Shown here: positions 35,851 to 47,900 of the stretch, piece after piece
Layout of the letters: the number at the start of each line of letters is the position of its first letter
Position numbering within the stretch: the first letter of the stretch is position 1
Assembly: GCA_008933735.1 (NCBI GenBank)
Contig: WBUL01000001.1
Span: 90,057 to 154,056 of the forward strand
Reading direction: 5' to 3'
Origin: Anaerolineae bacterium
GTDB lineage: Bacteria > Chloroflexota > Anaerolineae > Aggregatilineales > J027
DNA length: 64,000 nt
Notes under the pieces: generated by a model
The model's database searches: none
The model's input: the letters and a program-made list of their open reading frames with translations, nothing else
Told to the model about the DNA's origin: nothing
Position numbers and translations under genes: made by a program

Positions 35851-36721
35851 CTTTGGGAACAATATCCAGGGCTGTCTTTAACCGAGTCAGGTCAGCGCAC
35901 ATATGCGGTACGCCAGGTGAGGACTCCGGGTTAAAAAGAAACTGCGGGGTCTTGCCTGTAAGCTGCCCAATAAGCTCCGCGATTTCAATGATGCTTGTTT
36001 CCACGCCGCTACCCACGTTAATCGGTTCACGTCCTGGATAGACTTCGATGGTAGCAGCCCGCGCCAGCGCCGCCACACTGTCATCGATGTACACAAAATC
36101 GCGGGTCTGCTTGCCACTGCCATGCATCACGACCGACCCACCTCCCAGAATCTGACGAAAAAACTGCGGAATTACAGGCGGATGTGCGGCAGTAACGGGC
36201 TGGTTGGGGCCATAGGCATTAAAAATTCGGAGTGAAATTGTTTCAATATTCCACGCCTCACCTATTGCCCGGATATAATGCTCGGAGGCCAATTTGCTGA
36301 CCGCGTATGGGGACTGGGGTTCAGGTTTTAGTCCCTCGTGAAGGTTTTTGGTCGGCTGCTTACCATATAACGCACCCGACGATGAAAAAACCAGCCGTTT
36401 TACGCCAGTATCACGCATGGCTTCCAGCACGCTGACCGTCCCGCCAACGTTGACATGGTTATAATCGCGGGGGTATTTGACGCTTTCCTGAACCGAAACC
36501 CGCGCCGCCAGATGAAAGACCACATCAACCCCCTGCATCAGCGTCCATAATTTCGGAATATCGTTCACATCACCGCGCTCGACAAACACCTCCGGTGGCA
36601 ACGTGACTTCTCGCCCTGCGCTTCTGTCATCAATACCAAGAACTTCATGCCCATCCTGAATCAATCGGTTTGCCAGAGCGCTTCCGATAAAACCTGCCAC
36701 GCCCGTTATAAAAAATCGCAT
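35792..36721 (-). CDS. NAD-dependent epimerase/dehydratase (extended SDR, UDP-sugar 4-epimerase-like)
   Basis: It has the GxxGxxG motif ITGVAGFIGSALA, the catalytic YxxxK (YAVSKLASE), and the HLAA pattern. Confidence 0.85.
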   Translation of the reverse strand: MRFFITGVAGFIGSALANRLIQDGHEVLGIDDRSAGREVTLPPEVFVERGDVNDIPKLWTLMQGVDVVFHLAARVSVQESVKYPRDYNHVNVGGTVSVLEAMRDTGVKRLVFSSSGALYGKQPTKNLHEGLKPEPQSPYAVSKLASEHYIRAIGEAWNIETISLRIFNAYGPNQPVTAAHPPVIPQFFRQILGGGSVVMHGSGKQTRDFVYIDDSVAALARAATIEVYPGREPINVGSGVETSIIEIAELIGQLTGKTPQFLFNPESSPGVPHMCADLTRLKTALDIVPKVTLRDGLQRILQEDLRFAR

Positions 36722-37581
36722 TAGTACCCCTTAACGACTGGTAGTTGATCTGTCTCAATGTCAAAATACTGGGCGGGCGACCAGCCTTCAGTGCCATCCT
36801 GCCGTCGCAAATACAGCCATTTACCTGATTCATCCTTTCCAAGTACCAGTACATTCTCGCGGTAATCTAACAGCCCAATGACGGTCTCATTGGGCGCCGG
36901 ATAGTAGAAGTTAATCGGGCTGGCATTCGTTTCGGCGCGAATAACGGGTTTCAGACCCACATCAAAATCCGCAATTCTGCCCCAACCAATCCTATGCCGA
37001 CTGCGTACCAGCACCCAGGTTCCACTTTGGTATACCAGAACTGCTTCCTGCCCTAACGGAAGTGATTGGAGTTTTTCGCCTTGTTCATCGGGCAGTGTGA
37101 ATAATACCGCCTCCTCGACACGAACATAGGCGCCCTGCTCAACAAAATCTACCAGATCAGCGGTTGGCGGGTTGATTTCAAGCTCAGACAGTGACATCCA
37201 CCCTACTGCTGAACGAGTATATACCAGCGCTCGATTCTCAAAAATTGCAGCGACACCAATAGACTCATCCGGCAAAATCCACGATCCAGAAGGGACATCC
37301 GAAATTGGCTCGATTTCAACAGGCACGTGAACCCCTGCACTGTAATGCACAACAGCAGGTTCAAGCGTCAAATCGTCATGTTTGAACCATCCCCGCTCGG
37401 TTTGTGCCCAGCTTCCCTGAATAACATAAACCAACAGCACCTCACCGGGGCGGGCTTTGCTCTGGAAAGCTGACGAGAATGTGGGCTCACTGTACAAAAC
37501 AAGGCTATCTACCACTTGCACCTGTGCTACAGGTACAGCATTATTAAGCAGGTAGATTAGAATCAGGTTTAGAAACAGCAT
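36721..37581 (-). CDS. Secreted protein with repeated SH3b-like modules
   Basis: I chose the ATG at 37581, which gives a signal-like N-terminus (MLFLNLILIYLLNNAVPVAQ). About four repeats follow the pattern G..V.V......W..V....G..GW. Confidence 0.45.
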   Translation of the reverse strand: MLFLNLILIYLLNNAVPVAQVQVVDSLVLYSEPTFSSAFQSKARPGEVLLVYVIQGSWAQTERGWFKHDDLTLEPAVVHYSAGVHVPVEIEPISDVPSGSWILPDESIGVAAIFENRALVYTRSAVGWMSLSELEINPPTADLVDFVEQGAYVRVEEAVLFTLPDEQGEKLQSLPLGQEAVLVYQSGTWVLVRSRHRIGWGRIADFDVGLKPVIRAETNASPINFYYPAPNETVIGLLDYRENVLVLGKDESGKWLYLRRQDGTEGWSPAQYFDIETDQLPVVKGY

Positions 37582-37601
37582 AGCGGAAAGTTTAACGCGC
37601 T

Positions 37602-38429
37602 TTGGAAAGTACCTCAAACACCACCTATGCCATTCCTTACTCCCGTCTGACAGTATGGTTGGTTTTGCTCTTTGCGTTCGGGATTATCGGGTTGTGGCTG
37701 GCCTTTACCCCTGGCGGAGTTCTGGGAAAAGCTGACGCTGTGGGTTATGCCATTTGCCATCGCATTGAAGTACGCTCATTTGTTGCCAATGGACGACCGC
37801 TCCCACTCTGTGCCCGGTGCACAGGGATTTACCTCGGTGTCATGACCGGACTGGGGGTCTTTGCAGCCAGTGGACGCCTCAGAGCCGCACGTCTTTATAG
37901 CTGGCAGGTCGGGGCTGTTTTGTTTTTATTTGTGGCCGTGATGGGCATCGACGGTTTGAACAGTTATTTTCATCTGTTCCCCGGTTTTACAGGATTATAC
38001 GAGCCGCGCAACTGGCTGCGCCTGACCACCGGCGTATTTTGCGGGCTGACTCTCATCAGCGTCGTGTTCCCTATTTTTAACCAGAGTATGTGGCGCAATG
38101 GCGGCGACAGGGTCTCCCCGATTGGGAATCTGAAAGAACTGGCGGGGTTGTCCATCCTGGCGGGGCTGGTGGTTTTGCTCACCCTGACGCAGAATGCCAC
38201 GATCTTACTGGCGCTGGGTCTCATCAGCGCTCTTGGCACAGTGATCGTGCTGACGATGATGATGACCGTTGCCTTTGTGACTGCGACCAACCGCTACCGC
38301 AGTTATACTGCCTACCCGGAAATGGCGCTGGCACTGCTCGCAGGGCTGGCAATGGCGATTACCATGATTGGGCTGATTGACTTTGCCCGCTTTCAGGTTA
38401 CAGGAACGTGGGGAGGTTTCGTTTTCTAA
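37602..38429 (+). CDS. DUF2085-family membrane protein
   Basis: The family pattern is CHRIEVRSF...GRPLPLCARCTGIYLG, with multiple TM segments. The start is uncertain (TTG). Confidence 0.6.
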   Translation: MESTSNTTYAIPYSRLTVWLVLLFAFGIIGLWLAFTPGGVLGKADAVGYAICHRIEVRSFVANGRPLPLCARCTGIYLGVMTGLGVFAASGRLRAARLYSWQVGAVLFLFVAVMGIDGLNSYFHLFPGFTGLYEPRNWLRLTTGVFCGLTLISVVFPIFNQSMWRNGGDRVSPIGNLKELAGLSILAGLVVLLTLTQNATILLALGLISALGTVIVLTMMMTVAFVTATNRYRSYTAYPEMALALLAGLAMAITMIGLIDFARFQVTGTWGGFVF

Positions 38430-38524
38430 ACGACATGAGCAGTACCTTTTAGCACCCTTTTTTTAGGATTCCTGACTTTGCAAAATCGCTTAAACTAATA
38501 AGAAAGTCAGGAAAAGGTGTTGTC

Positions 38525-39109
38525 ATGGAATCCTTCCTCACAGGACTTGGTCTATCCGGCAGTGCAGGGTTAAATGCCTATCTACCGCTGCTTATCATTG
38601 GTTTGATGGTGCGGCTTGATCTGATGGAGGTCCAGGAACCATACGACACACTCGCTTCGTGGCCTGTACTGCTTGTGCTGATTCTGCTGCTGCTTATCGA
38701 GATGACTGCTGACAAAATCCCCGCAGTAGACAGTTTAAATGATGGCATCAACACTCTGATTCGCCCCACCGCCGGCGCAGTTCTGATGGCGGCCAGCACC
38801 AGCAGTGTCGAGTCGACTGACCCAACCGCCATTACAATTTTCAGTTTATTAAGCGGCAGTATTTTTGCAGGCAGCACCCATGCCGTCAAAGCAGCGGCAC
38901 GCCCTGCTGTAACAGTCACAACTGGCGGAACAGGGAACTTTATTGTGAGTTTCATTGAGGATGTGATCAGCTTTTTCGTGTCGCTTTTTGCTATCCTGCT
39001 GCCGTTCATTGTCATTTTCTTTGCGATGAGTATGGTCACGATTGTCAGTTGGTGGGTCTGGGACAGAAAACGTACGCGGCGGTATTTTCAGCCTAATAAT
39101 CCATATTGA
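38525..39109 (+). CDS. DUF4126-family membrane protein
   Basis: It begins GLGLSGSAGLNAYLPLLIIGL and contains EMTADKIPAVDS, both typical of DUF4126. Confidence 0.55.
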   Translation: MESFLTGLGLSGSAGLNAYLPLLIIGLMVRLDLMEVQEPYDTLASWPVLLVLILLLLIEMTADKIPAVDSLNDGINTLIRPTAGAVLMAASTSSVESTDPTAITIFSLLSGSIFAGSTHAVKAAARPAVTVTTGGTGNFIVSFIEDVISFFVSLFAILLPFIVIFFAMSMVTIVSWWVWDRKRTRRYFQPNNPY

Positions 39110-39115
39110 GAACTT

Positions 39116-39502
39116 ATGATTGATAAAATTGCATGGATATATATCCAGAATCGAAAAATTTTAAGCACCCGCTCCAAAGGGAAAGACACTTTTTACCTAC
39201 CTGGGGGAAAGCGTGAAACTGGCGAATCCGATGTCCAGACCCTGACTCGGGAGATTCAAGAAGAACTCTCGGTTGACCTACTCCCTGAGAGTCTTGAGTA
39301 TCTGGGAACATTTGAAGCCCAGGCCCATGGTCGGAAGGATAAGGTACGAATGACCTGTTACACAGGTGACTATACAGGTGAGTTGATTCCGGATTCGGAA
39401 GTAGAGGAAATCATCTGGTTTAACTATGCTGACCGAGGACGCAGCTCACCCGTCGATCAACTGATTTTTGATTGGTTGAAAGCCCGTGACCTCATTGATT
39501 AG
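39116..39502 (+). CDS. NUDIX hydrolase
   Basis: The Nudix box is GGKRETGESDVQTLTREIQEELSV (GX5EX7REUXEEXGU pattern). Confidence 0.8.
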   Translation: MIDKIAWIYIQNRKILSTRSKGKDTFYLPGGKRETGESDVQTLTREIQEELSVDLLPESLEYLGTFEAQAHGRKDKVRMTCYTGDYTGELIPDSEVEEIIWFNYADRGRSSPVDQLIFDWLKARDLID

Positions 39503-39972
39503 CGCTGAATTGCCGAAAACCACCCTTCTGCACGTTCAATCAGATTTTTGAGCTCCTGCAAGCCTTGTAAGGCGTTCTGACGGGTTCCGTCGTCAATGTC
39601 CAGGACCGCGAACTCATCCTCATCCAGCACCAGATACCGCCCGTCTGGATAGACAAATACATCCAGCGCTAAATCTTCGGCATAAATCGCATCGTTCTCA
39701 AGACGCGCAGGACGGGTGATATTACAGTACCATCCTTTCAAATGGTCATCATCCACGTCATGCATCTGGAAAACATTGTACCAGCGGTCACTATAAAACC
39801 ATTCAACCATCCGGTCGCCTTTACGAAAGGTGTGATAACTGGTCACGTAATTATTGCGGCTGAAAAAGGCCTCAAGCTGGATGTGCGTTTCTTCCCGGAG
39901 GAGCACCCTGCCGGAATAATGCCAGACATACTCCCCTTTTTCATTGAACTTATAAACAGTAATATTCTGCAT
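39499..39972 (-). CDS. DUF402 domain protein (nucleoside tri/diphosphatase-like)
   Basis: It contains WYCNITRPA...DLALDVFVYPDG, typical of DUF402. It overlaps the NUDIX stop by 4 nt in convergent orientation. Confidence 0.6.
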   Translation of the reverse strand: MQNITVYKFNEKGEYVWHYSGRVLLREETHIQLEAFFSRNNYVTSYHTFRKGDRMVEWFYSDRWYNVFQMHDVDDDHLKGWYCNITRPARLENDAIYAEDLALDVFVYPDGRYLVLDEDEFAVLDIDDGTRQNALQGLQELKNLIERAEGWFSAIQR

Positions 39973-39975
39973 GTC

Positions 39976-40620
39976 CTACGCACGCCCGATTGTATGGACT
40001 ACCATGAGCAGACCAGAGGCAACCGTAATACGCGGGGATTCATGCTCAATCACATTGCTGATGCCGCGTGCCGGGCCAAACTGTAGGGTTTCATTATTCA
40101 GAGGATATTTCAAACCAGATGTGACGACCCCTGAAACCGCACCGCCCATCGGAATTAACGAAATGGTATCGCCCGGTCTGCCCATGATAACATGGTCACC
40201 TGCGGAAATCAGCCACATCGTTTGTTTACCGGAAACCAGCCGTGCATCCCGGCCAACAAGCTGCGGCAGTCCCAACAGATAAATATTGGCGAGCGTCTGG
40301 TCCAGTCTATCACCCAGCGCTCCGATCACCCGAATCGCTGATAGATCACGCCGTGCGGCTTCTAAAAGCGCCAGTTCCAAATCCGTTTCATTTTTTTCTG
40401 GTGGGAATTTTTGAATTTCAACGTATGAGTTTGCGAGTTTTTCCAGAGTGGGCGAACTGATTGAGTCCATGTCGCCAATAACCAGCGCCACCTTCATGCC
40501 AGCCCGTAGGGCATGTTCCGCGCCGCCATCTGCTGCGATGACAAAGTCAGCAGCATCCAGCGCTTCGCGTACCGCCGGGCCATCAGCAAACTCTCCATTG
40601 GCAAAAATAACGGTCACCAT
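39976..40620 (-). CDS. thiN: Thiamine pyrophosphokinase
   Basis: The pattern is VIAADGGAEHAL...VIGDMDSI...PPEKNETDLELAL...GALGDRLDQTLANIYLL, followed by a C-terminal thiamine-binding beta domain. Confidence 0.78.
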   Translation of the reverse strand: MVTVIFANGEFADGPAVREALDAADFVIAADGGAEHALRAGMKVALVIGDMDSISSPTLEKLANSYVEIQKFPPEKNETDLELALLEAARRDLSAIRVIGALGDRLDQTLANIYLLGLPQLVGRDARLVSGKQTMWLISAGDHVIMGRPGDTISLIPMGGAVSGVVTSGLKYPLNNETLQFGPARGISNVIEHESPRITVASGLLMVVHTIGRA

Positions 40621-40623
40621 GAA

Positions 40624-41577
40624 CTAGCGTTTGCGCCGCCGCCATTCTTCCTTCAAGACCAGGTTCGCAACATCTGGTTCTTCCAGAAATTCCTTGAGCA
40701 GACGGACAAATTGAGTGTTTTCTTCCAGCATGGGGTAATGCTGGGAGTTTTGCATGACGAGTAACTTCAAATTAGGCCGGTTATCCACCAGAGCCTGCAA
40801 CACATCATCGCTGGGCTGCGCTACCAGGCGATCTCCGCCACCAATGATGACCACCGCCGGGACAGAAACCTCCATGATATCACGAAAGGTTTTCACATCC
40901 ACTGAACCACGTGCACCCTGTTCTACCGCTTTATAATCCGCTTTTGAGACTTCTTTTTTGAGCTTGTCGTAATCCGGGCTGGTTTCAGAAATAGCATGAT
41001 GCACAATATCTTCAGCATATTTGACCGAAGCCAGCAGTTTACGAATATAAACCGCCGGATGGTCAGTATCGACCTGACGCACTTCCTCCAGCACCGCTTT
41101 CGCAGTAACGACCGGGATAATGGGCAAGGTTTCGGGAGCTGCTTCTACGCCATCCGTGACCTCAACAATTTTGTTCGTAGTCAGCGCAGTACTTTTGGGA
41201 TTCAGATCAAACAACGGTGGGCTTACCACCATCATCCGGTGAACCTTTTCCCGGTGCTGAGGAAGATTGGCGAACCGGGCCGCAATCACCGCCCCCAGAC
41301 CATGCCCAATCAGCACCGTTTTACGAATACCCATTCGATCCATGAATTGGTCAAGCAGGTTGGTCTGTTGGTCAATCGTGTAACGTTCGGGGTTTCTTCC
41401 GGAATCCCCGAATCCCCACAGGTCGATTGCATAGCAGCGATACTTAACAGCAAGCTGCTGCATGGTCGGTACCCAATAGCGCCACGAACCTAACCAGCTA
41501 TGCAGCAGAATAATCGGTTTTCCTCGGCCCAACACCTCGTAGTGAATCAGGTCGTCTTCAACAGTTATCGCGCTCAT
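40624..41577 (-). CDS. Alpha/beta-hydrolase-fold protein with the nucleophile Ser replaced by Gly (GHGLG) and an enlarged lid
   Basis: It has HYEVLGRGKPIILLHSWLGSWRYW...DLWGFGDSG, then GHGLG where GxSxG is expected. The His is retained (SQHYPM). It is a paralog of 53426..54265. Its ATG shares one base with the CheY stop codon (TAATG). Confidence 0.8.
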   Translation of the reverse strand: MSAITVEDDLIHYEVLGRGKPIILLHSWLGSWRYWVPTMQQLAVKYRCYAIDLWGFGDSGRNPERYTIDQQTNLLDQFMDRMGIRKTVLIGHGLGAVIAARFANLPQHREKVHRMMVVSPPLFDLNPKSTALTTNKIVEVTDGVEAAPETLPIIPVVTAKAVLEEVRQVDTDHPAVYIRKLLASVKYAEDIVHHAISETSPDYDKLKKEVSKADYKAVEQGARGSVDVKTFRDIMEVSVPAVVIIGGGDRLVAQPSDDVLQALVDNRPNLKLLVMQNSQHYPMLEENTQFVRLLKEFLEEPDVANLVLKEEWRRRKR

Positions 41578-41948
41578 TAAGCGAATTGATCCAAAATGTC
41601 TTTAACCTGGCGAGTCAAATCCTCAGGGGCAAAGGGTTTTACGATATAGCTGTAAGCCCCTGCATCCATTCCCTGGTCAATTTCTGTATCCTGCCCGTTC
41701 GCGGAAAGAAACACAACCGGAATATCCTTCACCACCTCTATTGCCTTCAGCTCTCGGCAGGCCTCATAGCCGTTCATTTTGGGCATACGTACATCCATCA
41801 GGATCAGGTCAGGTTTGTTTTTCTGAGCCATATCAATCGCCTCGATCCCGTTTCTTGCTGTAATCACTTCATGGCCCGCATAGGTGAGTGTGAAGTCAAT
41901 TAAATCTCGAATATCCTGCTCATCTTCCGCTATGAGTATTCTTGCCAT
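41577..41948 (-). CDS. Single-domain response regulator (CheY-like receiver)
   Basis: It reads MARILIAEDEQDIRDLI...DLILMDVRMPKMNGYE...KPF. I chose the ATG at 41948, which has GAGGAG upstream, over the TTG at 41957. Confidence 0.9.
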   Translation of the reverse strand: MARILIAEDEQDIRDLIDFTLTYAGHEVITARNGIEAIDMAQKNKPDLILMDVRMPKMNGYEACRELKAIEVVKDIPVVFLSANGQDTEIDQGMDAGAYSYIVKPFAPEDLTRQVKDILDQFA

Positions 41949-41966
41949 CCCACACAACTCCTCGCG

Positions 41967-44900
41967 CTAACTACTTTTCGCAGTTGGCATTTTAACATAG
42001 AAGGTTGTCCCCTTCCCTACCTCACTCTCAAACCAGATACTGCCTTTATGCATTTCAACCAGCGATTTAACAATGGATAATCCCAGACCAGTGCCAGGGG
42101 TATCCAGCACGAGAGATTCATACTCATCCCCCCGGAAGAAGCGGTCAAAAACACGATCTTGAATTTCTTTTGGAATACCCACCCCGGTATCAGACACACT
42201 CATCACAACCGCGTCTCCTTCCTGGCGGGCAACCAGCGTAATCACCCCGTCAGCAGGCGTATAATTGAAAGCGTTATCTGCCAGATTCTGCATCACCTGA
42301 AGGGTTTTGTCGTAGTCAGCCCAGATTTTCGGCAGTGCGGCATCCATGTTCACATTGATCTGCATAGGTTTGTTACTATCCTGCGTGCGCCCCTCCAGAT
42401 GGCTTCGAGTGCGTTCCAGCAGATCGGGAACTTCGACTTCTGTGAATCGTAAGGGCACACGATTCTGGTCAATCTTGGAAACTTCGAGCAGGTCATTCAC
42501 AAGAATACTCAGACGATCAGCATTTTGTTTGATGGTTTCCAGGAAACGCTGCTGCGCTTCTGAAATTTCGCCTGCTGCCCCAAGCAGCAGCAGGTCCGCA
42601 TAACCTTTGATAGAAGTCATAGGAGTCCGCAGTTCGTGAGACACCGTAGACACAAATTCTGTCTTCAGACGATCAACTTCCATCAACTGGGTGATGTCAC
42701 GAATGACGGATACTGTGCCCAGAAATTGATCGCCCATGTTCACCGGAGAAAGACGAACGTTAATTGTACGTCCATCCCCCAATTCAATGGCAAGTTCTAC
42801 GAAATCCCCTTCCATATAGGAGGCGGGGTCACTTGTCCAACGGTTGATCGCCGCCAACCAGTCGCCACCGCTTCCACCATATAAACCCGCCAGTTCACGA
42901 ATGGGGCGATTGACCACACGTTCAGCCGGAAGCTGCAAAATACGTTCTGCTGCCGTATTGAACAGCACAATCGTGCCCGATTCGTTGGCATACATGACCC
43001 CATCTGCCACCGAGTTGATAATGGCCGTGTTTTTAGTCGATTCAATCTGTTCCGTCCGCAAAATGGCGCCCAAGCGTTCCGCCTGGTCCCGGATGAGGCT
43101 GTAGAGTTCGGAGTTGTTCATTGCATTCGCAAGCTGGCTCGCCGCCGCGGCTACCAGTTTCAGATGATCTGCATTAAACGCGCCGACTTTTTCGCTGAAG
43201 AGCATCATAACGCCGCGTACATCATCACCGCCCTGCAAAAGCGACGCCACCGCCGCACGGTGCCGCCGATCACGGTCACTGACCACTAACCAGCGCGGGT
43301 CGTTCTGAACATCCTCGATCACCACATTGGTCTGATTCTCCAACACCCAGCCGGCCAGCCCTTCGTCCTGTGCCAATTGCGTCCGCATATCGTCTGGCAC
43401 TGGTTCTTCTTCGCCATAGGCATGAAGCACATACAACCGTTCCGAAATCTCATCAATGCCCAGGATTACCGCGGTTGTCGCGCCAATGGCACGCGCCACT
43501 TTTTCCAATGCAACAGAGAGAATCCGCTGAATATCCAGCGAGGCAGCTACTTCGGATGTGATGTCATACAGCGTAGAGACACGCTCGCGTTCCTGATCAA
43601 GTTCAGAAGTGCGTTCGTTAACACGAATTTCCAGGCCCTGTGCAAGTTCTGCGGTCTGCTCAAACAGCCGTGCATTCTGGATAGCCACACCTAATTGAGC
43701 CGCTACTGTCGTCAGAATACGCTGATCGTTCAGACCAAACGCGCGGGGGTTCTCATTATCCTGAACTGCGAGCACCCCGACCACTTCCTCACCAGAAACC
43801 ATCGGCACCCCGAGGAAACACTTTGTGTCCGGCATGAAGGGATCACTGATGCCAAAGCTGCGTCGCGCCTCAACCATCTGTGACCCAGCCAGCAGCAGAG
43901 GGCCTTTGCGCCGAATGACATACGAAAATTCATCATTCCCCATTGGCAGCGGTGGCAGGGTAAGATCACCTCCCTCGCTCTGCACGGCAATCGGGAAACT
44001 GATTGTGCTCTTTTCTCTGTCAAACAGCGCCACATACAAAACATCCGCATCCAGAAGCACCGGTAGCTGGTCACGTACAATCGGGAATAATTCATCCACA
44101 TCAACCGTACTGGATACCGCTGTTGACAGGTCGTTGATAATATACAACTCCTCGATATGAGAGCGGGTTTCAGTCTGCAACCGAGCATTCTCAATGGCGA
44201 CAGCCGCGTTACTGGCAAGTGTTCGCGCCAGGCGCACGTCAGCCGTTTCAAAATAACGGTTCTGCTCACGGATTTCGAGTTCAATCAACCCGATGGACAG
44301 ATCATTCACCACCAGTGGCACCAGCAAGCGGCTGGTCGCGCCCCGCCTCTCCATCAGGCTAATTTCTCTGGGATCCACATCTTTTTGTCCCAGACGCATG
44401 GCGACCACCTGGCGCTGACGCAGCACCCGCTCACGCACCGGAAACTCACTCAATTCATAAATCGTACCGGGCAAATCCGCATAATCAGTATCTCCCCAGG
44501 CATTGATGGCTGCGTGAATTTCCAGCTTGTTTTCAATATCATCCCACAGCGCAATCGAACAGGCATCCGCCCGCAGCGCTGAGAGCATCTGACTGACTAC
44601 ACGCCGCATCGCTTCATTCAAATCAAGGGTTATTGCAGTCGCCTGAGCGGCCTCAAACAGGGTTTCCAATTCGTGGGTACGAACAACAGATTGTTCAAAC
44701 AGGCTCGCATTCTGCACCGCAATAGCGGCCTGACTTGCCAGCGTCTGGGCAATTTCGAGGCGTTCTTCAGAGAAGTCGTAGTAGTCTTCCATCACTTCAA
44801 ACTGCATCGCCCCAATGACCGTTCCGCCTACAACCAGCGGCACAATCAACGCGCTGCGAACCTTTTCAGGACTCCGCATGAAGGGTCTCAGATCGTCCGC

Positions 44901-47900
44901 AAGCGGCGAATTCTGGAAATCTTCAATGATGAATGGCAGCAGTGTTTCGCGGATACGTGCGACCACGCGGTTATCGGGCAGTGGATATACCTTGTTCGGC
45001 GCTTGATGCCCACGCGGATATTCCACCACAATACGCCCAAGGTCATTCTCGTGGTCAATCTTGATGGCGGCGGCCTCCTGGATTTCCAGTGCTTTGGCTG
45101 TTTCGCGCAGGGTAATTTCCAGAATATTTTCTATATCCAATGACTGTGCCAGCGAAACCGCGACACGGTTCAGCAGTTCCAAACGCTGTGCCTGATTTCT
45201 GAGTTCGCTGGCGCGTTGATTGGTCTGCTCGAACAACTGGGCATTATTCAGAGATACAGCGGCCTGGTTTGCAAACGTGAGCAGCAGTTGTTCGTGATGG
45301 GCCGAATAGAAATGCGGCTGTTCTTTCTCAACCGCAATCACCCCAACAATCGCATTCTGATAAATCAGCGGCGCACCCAACCAGTTTTTATACGGCAGGG
45401 CCTCTCCATAGGGGAAACGCGGGTCATTCGCACCAATATTCCCGACATTTACCACCTGCCGATTTTCGGACATTTCACGAAACAGCGTACTGCTGTCAAT
45501 GTCCACATACAACCCGACCAACTCTTCCGCCGAAGCCACATCCGGGTGTTTGTAGCCTTGAGCTGCTGCCACCCGCAAACGTGTTCCTTCACGCAGCCAC
45601 AATGACACACCATCATACGGGATCACACGGTCAAGGGCTTGTAAGATCACCGAAATAACCGAATCCGTATCTAGGTTTGAGGTAATCTGGCTGGAAACCT
45701 GAGACAGAGCACGAAGTTGTTCGGCGCGTTGTTCCAGATCGGATTGCAGTTTCGCCCGTTCGGACACGTCTTCGATCAACAGCACCACGCCCGTAACCGC
45801 ATCCCCCTGCCGAAGGGGGTACGTGTAAAAATTACCCGTAACTGTTTCCTTCAGTTTACTGTCAAAAAGAATGTCAAATTGATGGTAAGGCACGCCCTTC
45901 GCCAGGGCGCTGTCAATTGAATGGCGCAAGAAATCAGCAAATTCCGTCTCATAATCATACAGAATTTGACCTACCGCTGTCTCCTGCCAGCCATAACGCT
46001 GCTGCATGAAGGCATTCACCGAAGTGATGCGGTGATTGGTATCCAGCACGATAATACCCTGCTGGATGGACTGTACCACCGCTTCACTGTAGGCTTTTTC
46101 CGCCCGGAGGTCATCCAGCAGGCGCGAATGTTCGATGGCGACAGCAGACAGGTTCGCCATACGGCGGACAAGATCAATATTTTCTGAGAAACCGAAGGCG
46201 TTTTCCAGCTCGCTGCCCAGACGCAGCACTCCCAGGGTGCGCCCGCCTGTAATCATGGGTACCATGAGCGTAATACGTTCACCCTGTTCATACCAGCGCC
46301 GCAGGTCAGGGTAAGTCAGCGCCTGAGTATCGCCGCGCAGGTGATACAACAATGCACGGTTCTCGCGGTAGCTCAACGAGACAGAAGTACTGCGTGCAGG
46401 CAGCGGTTTGTCATCAAAAAGATGCACCTGTCCATCCGCAGTCAGTTCAACACGCTGGAGATGAAATTCTGACCCGTCCTCCGTCGGCAAGGCAACATGC
46501 ATACGAGTAAAAGCGATCATCTGTTGTAAGCCATCCGCCAGCGTGCGAATGACGGTTTCCATGTCCAGGGACGATGCTACCGCTTCCATCATAACGGAGA
46601 GGCGCTGCTCATTTTCACGCTGGTGAACCGTTTCCAGATACAGGCGGGTATTTTCCATGGCTGCTGCTGCCTGCACCGCAAACAGCTCGATCACCTGCAA
46701 ATCGGTTTCGGTGGGACGTGTGTTATTCACCGGCATTTCCAACCCGATGATCCCAATCACCCGGCTCTGTCCCTGGCCGTAAAGCGGCAGATATAAAATA
46801 TCCTGGGGATGCCATTCATCTGGCGCAACCTGTTCTGGAACGGGCTTTTCGCCGCGCAGCACATACTGCTGTACCCAGGGCTGGTCATAACGCAGATAGT
46901 AAGCAGCACCCAGCCTGAGAGACTGAAATTCCGGGTCGGCCAGGCGTTCACGCCAGACTTCCCCTGGCAGCACGGCCGCCCGCATTTTGGGCAGTTCATC
47001 ATCTTTATAGCCGACATGGATCAGCAGCGTGTTTTCCAGGTTTTCATCACGCATCGTAATGCGGACTTTTTGCCAGCCGCTCGCCTGAATCCCACGTGCG
47101 ACGGCGTCCAGGCGAGAAGGAATATCCGAGAAAAGTTGAATTTCCTGCGCGACTTTGTGAAGCTGTGCTAGACGATCACGTTCTGCCTGTGTACCAGCCG
47201 CTTCTGCCTGAATGTTTTCCAGCAGGAAATAGTTTTCCACGCTGAAAGCCGCTTCCGCCGCAAAAAATTCAAGCGTTTCAACGGTCGCTGCTGTGGGTCG
47301 CCGCCCATTGGCAGGATCATCAACACTGAACCAACCCAGCAGTTTTTCATCCGACCCGTAGAAGGGGATAAGGAACAAGTCTTCTGGGTTCCAAGCATGG
47401 GAACCTTCTTCCTGGGGGACGGTAATATGCTGGCTTATTTCATCGCTCAGCCCATCGAACATCCACTCAGCCTGATATTCGGCGGGCAGGAAATAGGCAC
47501 TGCCCATTTTCCAGCGGTCGTGCAGCAGTTTTTGGATCCTATCCAGTGTAGGTGTAATCTGCTGAGCTTCCTTGAAGGCGTCTGAGGTCAGGCCATACTG
47601 CGCTACACGGCGGAAAACCTGGGTTTTTTTGTCCCAGACATTCATCAGCACCACACGAAAACCAACCGTTTGCGACAGGGTCCGTGCCAGGTCTCCCAGC
47701 ACTTTCTCAAGCGTTGCACCTTCGCGGATGGTTTCACCCAGCGTATAGACTTTGCTCAACTGATCGGCCCGCCCGCGCAGCATTTCGTTCATACGAAGCT
47801 GCTCACGGTAACGGCGAGCATTCGCAACCGCCAGAGAGGACTGTTTGGTCACCCGTGCCACAAATTCCTGGAGTGAACTGCTGAAGGCATTCGGAGTTTT

